Of a DNA stretch of 64,000 bases, positions 26,206 through 36,326 are shown piece after piece. Made by a program: the position numbers and the translations under genes. Each line of letters starts with the position of its first letter. Position 1 is the stretch's first letter. The notes under the pieces are model-generated. The model was not told the DNA's origin. It saw only the letters and a program-made list of their open reading frames with translations, and did no database searches. This DNA is from an uncultured Candidatus Saccharibacteria bacterium (GTDB taxonomy: Bacteria > Patescibacteriota > Minisyncoccia > Phycocordibacterales > Zambryskibacteraceae): positions 46,937 to 110,936 of the forward strand of contig CAYGIH010000002.1 of the NCBI GenBank assembly GCA_964349945.1. The letters run 5' to 3'.

Positions 26206-28380
26206 ATGAAAGGACATCAAAAAGGAGGGTTGTTTCATAACAAAATATTGGTTGTGGTTACTTTCGGCTTATTTTTCCTTGGGGCTTTTCTCCTTTGGGC
26301 TGCCACCCTTAGAATTCCTGATCTTTCTGATCTAGGGGGAAGAAGAGTTATTCAATCAACAAAAATCTTTGATAAAACTGGGTTGATTTTGCTTTATGAT
26401 ATGTCTCCCAACCTAAAGAGAACCGTAGTGCCGTTTGAGGACATTTCTGATTATTTAAAAAAAGCCACTCTTGCAATCGAAGATAAGGATTTTTATAGCC
26501 ACGGCGGAGTTAAATTTAGCTCTCTCATTAGAGCTCTCCTTGTTGATTTGTCTACTCTTTCCTTTAGCCAAGGGGGGTCAACAATTACTCAGCAGGTTGT
26601 AAAAAACACAATTTTAAATGGAGACAAAACTCCAACAAGAAAAATAAAAGAGTTGATTTTAGCTGAAAAACTAGATAAGGCTCTACCAAAAGATCAGATA
26701 TTGAACATTTACTTGAACGAGAGTCCTTATGGGGGGAGTGTTTATGGTGTTGAAGAAGCCTCTCTTAATTTTTTTGGTAAAAAAGCAAAAGACGTTACGC
26801 TTGCGGAAGCCGCATATATTGCTTCTATGACCAAGGCCCCAACATATTATTCGCCCTATGGTGAACATAGAGATAAATTAGAGGAAAGAAAAAATTTGGT
26901 TTTAAATGAAATGTTAAGTGGGGGGTTAATCACAAAAACAGAATACGATGAAGCAAAAAAAGAATCTGTTTCCTTCTTGCAAAAAATTGATAGGGGTGGA
27001 CTTCGTGCCCCTCATTTTGTTTTTTTTGTTATAGATTATCTTGCGAACAAGTATGGGGAAGAAGTTCTTTCTAGTGATGGATTAAAAGTCACCACGACCC
27101 TTGATTATGATATTCAAGCTAAGGCCGAAGAGGTGGCAAAGGAATACGGACAAATTAATGAGAAAAGCTTTGGTGCAGACAATAATGCAATTGTGGCCAT
27201 AGATCCAAAAACTGGAAACATTCTATCAATGGTCGGCTCGAAAGATTACTTTGATTCAAAAATTAATGGGAACTTTAATGTTGCAACAGCCCACAGACAA
27301 CCAGGATCCACATTTAAACCATTTGTTTATTCAGTTCTTTTTAACAAAGGATACACACCAAATACAATTCTTTTTGATCTAAGAACTCAGTTCAATTCTG
27401 GTTGTGATGTGGATAATTTTACCTCTGAAAACAAATGTTACTCACCAGACAACTATGACCATGTCTTTCGTGGTCCGATGAAAATACGAGATGCACTTGC
27501 CCAATCAATCAACGTTCCTGCAGTAAAAGCGCTTTATTTAGCAGGAGTGCAGGATTCTTTAGATTTGGCTAGAAGTATGGGAATTGAGGAATTAGGAGAC
27601 CAGAATCAATACGGTCTAACCTTAGTACTTGGAGGAGGTGAGGTTTCCTTACTTGATATGACCTCTGCATATTCTGTCTTTGCGAATGATGGTGCTAGAA
27701 ATCCTTATAATGCTGTTTTGAAAGTAGAAGACAAAGATGGAAACATATTAGAAGAATTTATTCCAAATCCAAGAGATGTATTATCAAAAGAAACTGCTCG
27801 TAACATTAATTCAATTCTCTCAGACAACACCGCGCGCGCTCCGGCATATGGAGAAAGTTCCGCTTTGTATATCCCTTCAAGGCCAGTAGCAGTAAAAACA
27901 GGAACAACAAATGATTATAAAGATGCTTGGATAATGGGTTATACACCAAATGTTATTGTTGGTGCGTGGGTTGGAAACAATGAAAACATCCCTATGGAAA
28001 AAAAGGTAGCTGGTTTTATCGTTGCTCCTCTTTGGAGAAAATTGATGGATCAGATACTTCCGTCCTTTCAAGTTGAACCTTTTGTTGATCCGTCTCCAAC
28101 CAACCAGAGTATCAAGCCTGTGTTAAGGGGGGTATTAGAAAATGTAGAACAAAATGATTTTTCTCAAGGCTCTGTACACGACATTCTTCATTATGTAGAT
28201 AAAGACAACCCTCTTGGTCCCTACCCACAATCCCCCGAAGACGATCCTCAATATAAATCTTGGGAATACAGTGTCCGTTTTTGGGCAAATTCGCCTCAAT
28301 ATAGAGATTATGCAATCTCTTATCTACAAACAAGAATAAATTCCACCACAGCCACCACATCCCCAAATACAGTATATTAA
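26206..28380 (+). CDS. Class A penicillin-binding protein (glycosyltransferase + transpeptidase)
   Basis: N-terminal TM, GT51 motifs (ATLAIEDKDFYSHGG), and transpeptidase motifs STFKP and KTGTT. Confidence 0.85.
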   Translation: MKGHQKGGLFHNKILVVVTFGLFFLGAFLLWAATLRIPDLSDLGGRRVIQSTKIFDKTGLILLYDMSPNLKRTVVPFEDISDYLKKATLAIEDKDFYSHGGVKFSSLIRALLVDLSTLSFSQGGSTITQQVVKNTILNGDKTPTRKIKELILAEKLDKALPKDQILNIYLNESPYGGSVYGVEEASLNFFGKKAKDVTLAEAAYIASMTKAPTYYSPYGEHRDKLEERKNLVLNEMLSGGLITKTEYDEAKKESVSFLQKIDRGGLRAPHFVFFVIDYLANKYGEEVLSSDGLKVTTTLDYDIQAKAEEVAKEYGQINEKSFGADNNAIVAIDPKTGNILSMVGSKDYFDSKINGNFNVATAHRQPGSTFKPFVYSVLFNKGYTPNTILFDLRTQFNSGCDVDNFTSENKCYSPDNYDHVFRGPMKIRDALAQSINVPAVKALYLAGVQDSLDLARSMGIEELGDQNQYGLTLVLGGGEVSLLDMTSAYSVFANDGARNPYNAVLKVEDKDGNILEEFIPNPRDVLSKETARNINSILSDNTARAPAYGESSALYIPSRPVAVKTGTTNDYKDAWIMGYTPNVIVGAWVGNNENIPMEKKVAGFIVAPLWRKLMDQILPSFQVEPFVDPSPTNQSIKPVLRGVLENVEQNDFSQGSVHDILHYVDKDNPLGPYPQSPEDDPQYKSWEYSVRFWANSPQYRDYAISYLQTRINSTTATTSPNTVY

Positions 28381-28389
28381 ACGCGGTTG

Positions 28390-28650
28390 TTATTTATAAA
28401 AAATTTTATTTATTTCTAGTTTTTGGTTTGTTTTTAAATCTTTAATTATTAAATCTTCTTTCAATCTAATCTCGTTGTTTTTTATTGGGGTTGATTTTAT
28501 TTCAAGAATTGCATTTTTCAAATAAACTTCTTCTAAAGAAAGTTTGATTTTAGTCTTGTCCTCTATACACAAGATTATTTTTTCCTTTATGAAGGAATCA
28601 TTTCCTAATGATTTTTTAAATCTTTCTAATAATGAGCTTAGGTTTTTCAC
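28390..28650 (-). CDS. Small hypothetical protein downstream of dnaN
   Basis: 86-aa ORF, function unknown. Confidence 0.3.
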   Translation of the reverse strand: MKNLSSLLERFKKSLGNDSFIKEKIILCIEDKTKIKLSLEEVYLKNAILEIKSTPIKNNEIRLKEDLIIKDLKTNQKLEINKIFYK

Positions 28651-29750
28651 GATTTATTCATCGGCATCACTAGGTACATAAAGCTTTTATCTCCGACCCC
28701 TTCTACTACTATTGGCTTTGTTTGGCCGTTAAATCTCAAACTTATTGTGTCTCCAGAGATAGAGGCAAAGCTGTCTGTGAGGTATTTTTGGTTAATATTT
28801 ATAGACAAATCATCTCCTTCTACAACAGCGTCTATGTTGTATTTATTTTCTCCGATTGCTGTGTTTTTGGATTCTATTTCAAATAATTTTTTGGCTTTGG
28901 AAATCGTTATCCTTAGTTGATTAAAGGAATCTGAAAAAATCATGGCTGTTTTTAGTGAATTATTTAAGTCTTGTTTAAGAACCAACGATTTTGTTGTTGT
29001 CTCTTTTGGTATTATTTGTCTGTAATCAGGAAAAATACCTTCGATGATTCTTGAAGTTAAATATATTCCTCCTCCAAACATCGATATCTGGTTATCATGA
29101 ATAGAAAGAGAGACATCATCTTCGATTGAATCAAACACTCTTATTATTTCAGAAATATTCTTTTGTGGGATTAATATGTATTTGAAGTTTGGTGTTTTTT
29201 TAATTTTTATTTTCTTTTCTGCCAATCTAAATGAATCTGTGGCTGCGAATATTAAAAACTCATTCTCATGATAAATATAAACTGATGATAATTCTGGTTT
29301 CATACTCCCAATTGCTGCTGTATAGTTAACAGACTTTAAACCTAAAATAAAATCCTTTATAGGAAGGGTAAAATTTTCTTCATTTTTTAATGTGGGTATT
29401 ATAGGGAAATCTTCAGTTGGTAGTGTTTTTATATTTGTCTCTGTATTACCTGTTTTTACTAAAATTGTTTGCCCGCTCGTGTTAATAATTATATTTTTCT
29501 CTTTCGGTAAAGAATTTAAAAAAGAACTTATTACTTGAGCCGGAACAACAACTTCCCCCGGTTCAATAACCTTTACTGGTATTTTAGAAAAAAATCCCAA
29601 ATCAAGGTTCGTGGTTCTTATTGATAGAGTGTTGTTCTCAGCTTTAAAGTAAACTCCACTAAGAGAAGGAAGGGTTGGATTCTTTATAGCTATCTTTTCT
29701 GCTTTCCCTAATACCTCACTGAGCTTTTCTTTTATGCATTCTATTTTCAT
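28647..29750 (-). CDS. dnaN: DNA polymerase III beta sliding clamp
   Basis: Three-domain clamp, 367 aa, immediately downstream of dnaA. Confidence 0.85.
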   Translation of the reverse strand: MKIECIKEKLSEVLGKAEKIAIKNPTLPSLSGVYFKAENNTLSIRTTNLDLGFFSKIPVKVIEPGEVVVPAQVISSFLNSLPKEKNIIINTSGQTILVKTGNTETNIKTLPTEDFPIIPTLKNEENFTLPIKDFILGLKSVNYTAAIGSMKPELSSVYIYHENEFLIFAATDSFRLAEKKIKIKKTPNFKYILIPQKNISEIIRVFDSIEDDVSLSIHDNQISMFGGGIYLTSRIIEGIFPDYRQIIPKETTTKSLVLKQDLNNSLKTAMIFSDSFNQLRITISKAKKLFEIESKNTAIGENKYNIDAVVEGDDLSININQKYLTDSFASISGDTISLRFNGQTKPIVVEGVGDKSFMYLVMPMNKS

Positions 29751-29963
29751 ATATAAATACTTGTTACTACTATTAGTACTGTGGATATGGGGACAACAAA
29801 TCTATCTTTATTTTGGACCATATTTTTAAGAAAAGAAAAAACATGACTGGGGACAAGAACTAATAAGTGATTTATTGAAGTCATTAAAAACCAAAAGAAC
29901 AAAGAAAACATTGAGGGAATCAAGACTTTTTCCACAGTAATTTGGTTAGTTATCAACATAGTT
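29751..29963. promoter_or_regulatory. Candidate oriC segment (dnaA-dnaN intergenic) with DnaA-box-like 9-mers
   Basis: TGTGGATAT, TTTTCCACA, TTATCAACA and TTATCCTAT lie in an AT-rich 213-bp spacer. The 70-aa ORF called here is probably spurious. Confidence 0.45.
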
Positions 29964-31310
29964 TTATACAGATAATAGATTTCTTATCCTATCTATCTCT
30001 TGAGAAAGAAGAACATCTTCTTTAATGTCGTTTTTTATTTTTTCACAAGAGTGAATAACAGTCGTATGGTCTCTTCCCCCAAGTTTTTGACCAATAGAAG
30101 GGTAAGAAATACTAAAATCTTCCCTTAATAGATACATGATTACCTGACGAGGCTTGATTACTTCCTTTCTTCTTGTCTTTTCATAGATACTCTCTTCTTC
30201 AACTGAATAAAAATCAGAAACAATCTTTACTATATCTTTGATGGCAATGGTTTTCTTTGGTTTGGCATTATTCTTCACAAAATGACGGACATCCAAGAGA
30301 GAAATTTCCTTCCCTTTTAATTGGGATTGGATCACGAGGGTGTTTATTACCCCTTCAAGGTCACGGATGTTGCCATTAATTGAGTGAGCGAGATAATTAA
30401 TTATTTCATCTGACAGAGATAGTCCTTGGCTCTTGGCTTTGTTGGATAAAATAGCAATCCGAGACTCTTCATCTGGGGGAGGAATGTCCACGACCATCCC
30501 GGCAGAAAAACGAGACTTGAGTCGCTCTTCTAACCCAGTGATAAAGTGGGGGTGTTTATCGGAAGAAAAAATAATCTGCTTATTGTTGTCATATAGGGTG
30601 TTAAATAAATGGAAGAGCTCCTCTTGGAACTTTTGTTTGTCAGAAAAAAACTGAATGTCATCCATAATCAAAACATCATATTTTCTATATTTTTCTTTAA
30701 AAACGTTCATTTTTTGGTTTTGAAGGGCATTCATACAGTCCTGCCCGAATTTTTCTGAAGTCATGTAAAAGACTTTTTTATTTGGATTCATTGTCTTAAC
30801 ATAATTCCCAACAGCTTGGATTAGATGGGTCTTTCCATGCCCCGTTGAACCATAAATGAACAACGGGTTGTACATCAATCCAGGAGACTTCAATACAGCC
30901 TGAGCAGCTGCGTGTGCAAGTTGGTTAAATGGTCCTATTACAAACGTATCAAAGGTGTACCTTGGATTAAGGTTGTCTTCTTTATTTATCTGGGCTTCTG
31001 GAAGGGGCAACTCCTTTGAGCCGAATGGAATCTGGTTTGAAACAGTTTCCCTTCTTCTTGATTCTTCTTTATTAACAACATACTCAACCGCGTGTATAGA
31101 GCTTTCTAGGTTTCTAAGAGATTTTAGAATTGTGCTGTTATATTTTTGAATTAACCACTCCTTCACAAAAGCGTTTGGAACAGAAATCACCACCACACCA
31201 CCATCCTCTTTGACTATCCTTGTGTCTTTAAACCAAGTGGAAAAGTTTGCTTTAGAAACTGCAAGTTCTATTTCTACCAGAACGCCTTGCCATAGTTGTT
31301 TATAATCCAT
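29964..31310 (-). CDS. dnaA: Chromosomal replication initiator DnaA
   Basis: AAA+ Walker A GSTGHGKTHL and a C-terminal DNA-binding domain. Confidence 0.9.
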   Translation of the reverse strand: MDYKQLWQGVLVEIELAVSKANFSTWFKDTRIVKEDGGVVVISVPNAFVKEWLIQKYNSTILKSLRNLESSIHAVEYVVNKEESRRRETVSNQIPFGSKELPLPEAQINKEDNLNPRYTFDTFVIGPFNQLAHAAAQAVLKSPGLMYNPLFIYGSTGHGKTHLIQAVGNYVKTMNPNKKVFYMTSEKFGQDCMNALQNQKMNVFKEKYRKYDVLIMDDIQFFSDKQKFQEELFHLFNTLYDNNKQIIFSSDKHPHFITGLEERLKSRFSAGMVVDIPPPDEESRIAILSNKAKSQGLSLSDEIINYLAHSINGNIRDLEGVINTLVIQSQLKGKEISLLDVRHFVKNNAKPKKTIAIKDIVKIVSDFYSVEEESIYEKTRRKEVIKPRQVIMYLLREDFSISYPSIGQKLGGRDHTTVIHSCEKIKNDIKEDVLLSQEIDRIRNLLSV

Positions 31311-31409
31311 ACTGATATTGTTGTGCTAGTAGTATATCCTCGGGGAGCACAGAGCAAAACTTGATAAGGTGGTTAAAACTGTTTATAATGTGTGTATAAC
31401 TAAAAAGAG

Positions 31410-31544
31410 ATGTCTACAACATATCAACCAAAAAAACGCAAGAGAGCGAGAGCCCACGGATTTTTAAAAAGAGCAAAAACCACAGGGGGAAGACGCACAG
31501 TTAAGGCTAGAAGAAGAAAAGGACGAGCAAAATTAACGGTATAA
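31410..31544 (+). CDS. rpmH: 50S ribosomal protein L34
   Basis: [44 protein letters not shown]. It is below the length cutoff of the ORF track. Confidence 0.85.
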   Translation: MSTTYQPKKRKRARAHGFLKRAKTTGGRRTVKARRRKGRAKLTV

Positions 31545-31545
31545 C

Positions 31546-31872
31546 ATGCTTCCAAAGAAATTGAGAATTAAGAGAGAGCTCTACAAAGAGCTTCTTTCTG
31601 GTTCACGCTTTGTGCACTCTACTCATTTCTCATTAAGGTTTAAGGGGATAAAAAGTGGAAACAGTCTGGTTGGCGTATCTGTGTCAAAAAAGGTGGCTAA
31701 AAGCGCTGTCGCAAGGAACACAACCAGGAGAAGAGTGTATTCTGCTGTTGCACTACAAATAAAAAACCAACAAGGATATTTATTATTATTTGTAGCCAAA
31801 AAAGGGGCAGAAACCCTTAGAGGAGAAAAACTTGAGACAGAAATAAAACAACTATTTTCTGAATTAAAGTAA
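31546..31872 (+). CDS. rnpA: RNase P protein component
   Basis: Sits between rpmH and yidC; a basic 108-aa protein. Confidence 0.8.
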   Translation: MLPKKLRIKRELYKELLSGSRFVHSTHFSLRFKGIKSGNSLVGVSVSKKVAKSAVARNTTRRRVYSAVALQIKNQQGYLLLFVAKKGAETLRGEKLETEIKQLFSELK

Positions 31873-31909
31873 GATTGTTTTTGGGTTTCAAAAAGGATAC
31901 AATTCTTAA

Positions 31910-32653
31910 ATGTCAGCTTTCTATCATGGGTTTATTTTTAACCCCCTATATAATCTCCTAATAAGTCTTTTTACTCTCATTCCTTGGATAGACGCAGGTA
32001 TTGCTGTTATTATCCTTACGGTCATTGTGCGCCTCATTCTGTTCCCTCTCTCCAAGAAGGCTGTTTTAACTCAGGTAAGGATGCAAGGAATAAATGATGA
32101 TCTAAAAATAATAAAAGATAAATACAAAAACAAAGAGGAACAAGCAAGAAAAACACTGGAACTATATAAGGAAAAAGGGGTCAATCCTTTCTCTGGTATA
32201 TTGGTTCTCTTGATTCAACTCCCTATTATTTTCGCCCTTTACGGGATCTTTCTTAATGCAGGATTCCCAAATGTAAACGATAGTTTGTTGTATCCATTCA
32301 TTCATGCTCCTGAGCATATCAACACCTTTTTCCTTGGATTAATAGATATAACCAAGAAAAGTATGCCATTGGCATTATTTGCTGCAATAAGTACTTATTT
32401 TCAACTTAAACTAGCAACGACAAATCAATCAAAACCAAAAGGTAAGACAGAAACTAAAAATTCTTTTGGAGAAGACCTCGCTCAGAGTATGCAAACACAA
32501 ATGAAATACTTCTTCCCTATTATTGTTTTCTTCATTTCTTATAACATTTCTGGAGTGATAGCACTTTATTGGTTGGTTTCTAATCTCTTCACTATTGGTC
32601 AAGAGATAGTTGTACGTAGAGGCATTTCAATGGAAACAGTAAAGATTAGTTAA
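31910..32653 (+). CDS. yidC: Membrane protein insertase YidC (short Oxa1-like form)
   Basis: Five-TM core with the conserved region, in rpmH-rnpA-yidC synteny. Confidence 0.8.
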   Translation: MSAFYHGFIFNPLYNLLISLFTLIPWIDAGIAVIILTVIVRLILFPLSKKAVLTQVRMQGINDDLKIIKDKYKNKEEQARKTLELYKEKGVNPFSGILVLLIQLPIIFALYGIFLNAGFPNVNDSLLYPFIHAPEHINTFFLGLIDITKKSMPLALFAAISTYFQLKLATTNQSKPKGKTETKNSFGEDLAQSMQTQMKYFFPIIVFFISYNISGVIALYWLVSNLFTIGQEIVVRRGISMETVKIS

Positions 32654-33854
32654 GTTTGAGGGCCCAGAGAGAAAGATCACCCTTGTTCATAAAGATCATA
32701 TAATCTTCATCAGGAGTAAGTGTTGGATTAAAAACATCTATATCAACGCCTTGGTCCTTCTTTGGTTCTGCAAAGACATCAGTAAGTGTGGTTGATGTGT
32801 TGAATCCCCAAATTCTATCAGAAAAGGAAGTCTTTCCTTGATACCAATCATCTGGTTCATTTGATCCGATTGAGTCTGGCACGCCACAATATATTATTTT
32901 TATTGATTTAGAACTCCACACACACTTTTCAGATAATGTTGCTGGGACAAGAGAAAGGATGGTTTTAGAGGAATTGTTTTTCACTGAAAAATTAATAACC
33001 CCACCGATTTTATAAGAGTAAATAACGGCATCTTCATTTGGGCTAGGAAGCAGAGTGAGAGAATTTAAAGGACCAACAATTTTCGATAGTGTTCCATTTT
33101 TTGTGTTTAATTTATACGAGTAACCATCATAATTCCCACCGGCCTTCGTAGTGATGTAAACCTCATTAGTACCTGAAGGAGAAATTCTCCACTCTGTGAA
33201 GGGGGTGGTGTAAATATTAGTTGGCTTATCTCCAACAAACCCAGAAGTGACTATTGCTCCAGGGTTATTAGTTGAATAAACCAAGTCGCCAGAAGACAAA
33301 ACTTTAATCTCTCCTATGTCTCCACGAAGCATAGAAGCGTTTAATGTATATAAAACATCACCAGTTGATGTTGATTTTGGTGCAGTGAGAGAGATAGATG
33401 TGTTTATGATTGAATCATTATTGTCTAATGACCTATAAACAACCCCACTACCATCTTTTTTATAATATGCTTCATAAATTTTAGGCAGGGTTTTGTTTGA
33501 AATCTTCACTCTCTCCATTGTTTCTGGGTTCACATCAATGATGTGTCCTGTGGCTCTTTCTGTATATCTAATGATGGTTGAGCCGTTTTTAATTATGCCC
33601 ACTGCACCAGAAACAGGAGTGTTTGATATTTGGAAAAGTTTGGCTACAGGACGACCACTGGCGTCTAATCCAGAGCTTGGACTTTTGTTAGTTTGACCAG
33701 CAGGAACAACATCTGGACCACCATATCCAAATGGAGAAGTGGTGCTGGTTGGGGCGGGGGTAGTTGGAGTAGAAGATCTAAAAAAGACAAACCAAACACC
33801 AACAATGATTATCAGCGCAATGGGTATTAAAATTAATAATTTTTTATTATTCAT
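32646..33854 (-). CDS. Membrane-anchored extracytoplasmic protein (T4SS-like operon member)
   Basis: N-terminal TM, Thr/Pro linker and a beta-rich domain. Confidence 0.35.
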   Translation of the reverse strand: MNNKKLLILIPIALIIIVGVWFVFFRSSTPTTPAPTSTTSPFGYGGPDVVPAGQTNKSPSSGLDASGRPVAKLFQISNTPVSGAVGIIKNGSTIIRYTERATGHIIDVNPETMERVKISNKTLPKIYEAYYKKDGSGVVYRSLDNNDSIINTSISLTAPKSTSTGDVLYTLNASMLRGDIGEIKVLSSGDLVYSTNNPGAIVTSGFVGDKPTNIYTTPFTEWRISPSGTNEVYITTKAGGNYDGYSYKLNTKNGTLSKIVGPLNSLTLLPSPNEDAVIYSYKIGGVINFSVKNNSSKTILSLVPATLSEKCVWSSKSIKIIYCGVPDSIGSNEPDDWYQGKTSFSDRIWGFNTSTTLTDVFAEPKKDQGVDIDVFNPTLTPDEDYMIFMNKGDLSLWALKLN

Positions 33855-33855
33855 A

Positions 33856-34908
33856 TCATAATTCTATATGCACACTCTCCCCCGTGGTGGTACCTGGACA
33901 ACTAATAATAAGTTTAGGTTTAAACACATTAAAGACAGTTTTATTTTGAAGTTCTGATAGCCTTGCTCCGCAAACCTCGTATGTATAAGTTCTTGCACCA
34001 CTTTCACTAATAGCTTGAAAGAAGGCTCTTAACCCATTATCTGTTCTGTCTTCTACTGTAGCGTCAACACAAGTCCCATTATTATGACAAGAGTCTGCAT
34101 GTGGAACTGTTGGTGGAAACATTTCTGTTACTTGCCACCTACGAACACTCATTTTTTGAGTAAGATTTCTTAATATGGTTAGCATTTGTGGACTAACAAC
34201 ACACGGTCCAGGGTATTTACAGGCACCGTTTGTTGTTCCTTGAGGAGCAACTCCTTTTTGAGGAATGCCAGTTCCAGCAGCGGGAACACAAGTTAAACAC
34301 CCTGTTGGTGCTGGGCCAGGACCAGAACCAACACAACGCCCACCAGCATCTGCAGTTGTTTCGTCACCATTTTTTATTCCATCAAAACAGGTACCGTTTG
34401 TACCGTCACCACATCGACCACCAACGTCTATTCCAGTTTCATTGCCATTTTTTACACCGTCTCGACAGTCAACAGCAGTGCCGACTCCTAAACCACCACC
34501 AATTGGTCCACTCGGCGCAAAAACTTCTATTGAGAGATCAAGGTTTACTAACTTAGGATTAATGGTGTTTAAAAGAACATAAGAACTTATGGCTAAAATA
34601 AGCCCAAACAAAGCGTTGTTTATTTTATCCTTACCATCGCTCTTTTTTTCTATAGCATCAGTTGAAAGATATTGTATGCCACCAATGATTATGTAGATAA
34701 CTGCAAGGGCACTAGCTATCCCTATCCCTAATTTAAAAAGACCAGGAAGAAATGTGGTAATCGTAGCAGTGCCACCGGGGGCTATTTCTGGGACGTTTCC
34801 TGCAATAGTCTCATAAGTAGCTGGAACATCTGCTGCAAATAACATAAATGGAGAAAAATATAATAAAACCAATGTAATCTTATCTAAAAATTTATAAAGC
34901 CGTTTCAT
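33856..34908 (-). CDS. Cys-rich repeat-containing membrane/surface protein (T4SS-like operon member)
   Basis: Tandem ~24-aa modules DG(V/I)KNG(N/D)ET..D.GGRC with several TM segments. Confidence 0.35.
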   Translation of the reverse strand: MKRLYKFLDKITLVLLYFSPFMLFAADVPATYETIAGNVPEIAPGGTATITTFLPGLFKLGIGIASALAVIYIIIGGIQYLSTDAIEKKSDGKDKINNALFGLILAISSYVLLNTINPKLVNLDLSIEVFAPSGPIGGGLGVGTAVDCRDGVKNGNETGIDVGGRCGDGTNGTCFDGIKNGDETTADAGGRCVGSGPGPAPTGCLTCVPAAGTGIPQKGVAPQGTTNGACKYPGPCVVSPQMLTILRNLTQKMSVRRWQVTEMFPPTVPHADSCHNNGTCVDATVEDRTDNGLRAFFQAISESGARTYTYEVCGARLSELQNKTVFNVFKPKLIISCPGTTTGESVHIEL

Positions 34909-35920
34909 TATTGTATTTTATATTAACCACACTTTCCCCAGTTTGCATAAACCTGTTTAAATTTGTAATTCGCAAACCAAGCGATGAAACACCAGATCCA
35001 GAATCTCCTTGTCGTAATGTTATTGAAGTTTTGCTTGGTGTATCAATGATTTTATTATTAAGTGACCAAATATATTCTAGACCACCATTAGTAAGATCAA
35101 TCAATGCGAAATAGAAAGGAAAACCAACGATGCTCATCTCCTTTTCTTTCATAGTAAAATTGTCTTGTAATGATTTTTCTAATCTTAATCCATATAAAGG
35201 ATTGTTCTCATAAAAAAGAACAAAAGGGTCTGTTGGAGCGATGATCATTGAATTTTCCGCTTGGAAGGTTTTATTTATATTAGTCGCTCTAACAGTAATT
35301 TTCATTGGCTGACTAAAATTAGTGTCAGTTATTTTTAAAGAATTTTTCCCATAACCAGAAGAGTTTCCTAAAACGGTACCATCTTTAGACCAAGTATAAA
35401 TGAAATTATCAGATTTAATAAGTGAACCATTGGAATTCGTGTTGTTTGGTATCGCCACTAACAAAACAGAATTTTGTTTAGTGAAAAGAGGAATACCTTT
35501 ATAAAACACAGGAACAGAAGATAGTCCTTTTATTAATAAATCTACTGTTGCTGGTCTGATTATAATGGTTTTCGTAAATTCACTACTCTCTAGGGGTTTA
35601 ATGTTTATTGATACTGTGGTTGGAGAATTTAAATTTCCTAGAATGGTTGAAAAAGACACTTCACCAACACCATTCTTCATAACTCTCCCTTCAACAGACC
35701 AAGTAATAGTTGAACTATTAAGGTCTACTGAATAACTCTCAATATTAATTACCACAGTAGAATTAGGTTTAGGATTCTCGGGGCTAACTTTTATTGAGAC
35801 ATTTTCAGTTAATTCCTTTAATGCATCAGTGGGGGTGAGCTGAGCGTATATAAAAAAAGGGAAAAAACCAAGAAGGAAGATGGTAAAAAATAAGAAACGC
35901 TTCATATATTTATTATACAC
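34892..35920 (-). CDS. Secreted protein (T4SS-like operon member)
   Basis: Signal peptide and beta-rich sequence. Confidence 0.35.
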   Translation of the reverse strand: MYNKYMKRFLFFTIFLLGFFPFFIYAQLTPTDALKELTENVSIKVSPENPKPNSTVVINIESYSVDLNSSTITWSVEGRVMKNGVGEVSFSTILGNLNSPTTVSINIKPLESSEFTKTIIIRPATVDLLIKGLSSVPVFYKGIPLFTKQNSVLLVAIPNNTNSNGSLIKSDNFIYTWSKDGTVLGNSSGYGKNSLKITDTNFSQPMKITVRATNINKTFQAENSMIIAPTDPFVLFYENNPLYGLRLEKSLQDNFTMKEKEMSIVGFPFYFALIDLTNGGLEYIWSLNNKIIDTPSKTSITLRQGDSGSGVSSLGLRITNLNRFMQTGESVVNIKYNNETAL

Positions 35921-35927
35921 TATAGGC

Positions 35928-36326
35928 TTATTTCTGTGTTTCTACAGGTTGTTGATTTCCTTGTTCTTGTGCTTGTCCACCAGACTTCTTAAGTTTTTTA
36001 TCAGCTTTATCAAGCATCATATTTCTAACCCCAATTGCAGTCCATACAGGAAGAAAATCAAAAACAGGGATCATTTCTAAACCGAATCCTCCAATCATAC
36101 TTCCAATTTTTTTTGTATCGAGTTTTACCCCTCGAAGTTTAAGATACAGAGGTATCATCATACCAACAAATATATTTATAAATCTGTTCACAAGGACCCC
36201 AACAGCAAAAAAGTTCAATAAGGCCTGGACCCCATCCACTACAAGCAGGGCTCCTATAACCAAACCCCATTCTGTATTAGATATTTTACTACCCATATTA
36301 AACTGGTTTAGATGCCAAGGCTTCAT
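35928..36326 (-). CDS. Small polytopic membrane protein (T4SS-like operon member)
   Basis: Three to four TM helices. Confidence 0.35.
   Translation of the reverse strand: MKPWHLNQFNMGSKISNTEWGLVIGALLVVDGVQALLNFFAVGVLVNRFINIFVGMMIPLYLKLRGVKLDTKKIGSMIGGFGLEMIPVFDFLPVWTAIGVRNMMLDKADKKLKKSGGQAQEQGNQQPVETQK

Noticed and set aside
29747-29959. 70-aa ORF in the dnaA-dnaN spacer
   Set aside because: It lies in an AT-rich region carrying DnaA-box-like motifs, so it is more likely non-coding origin DNA.
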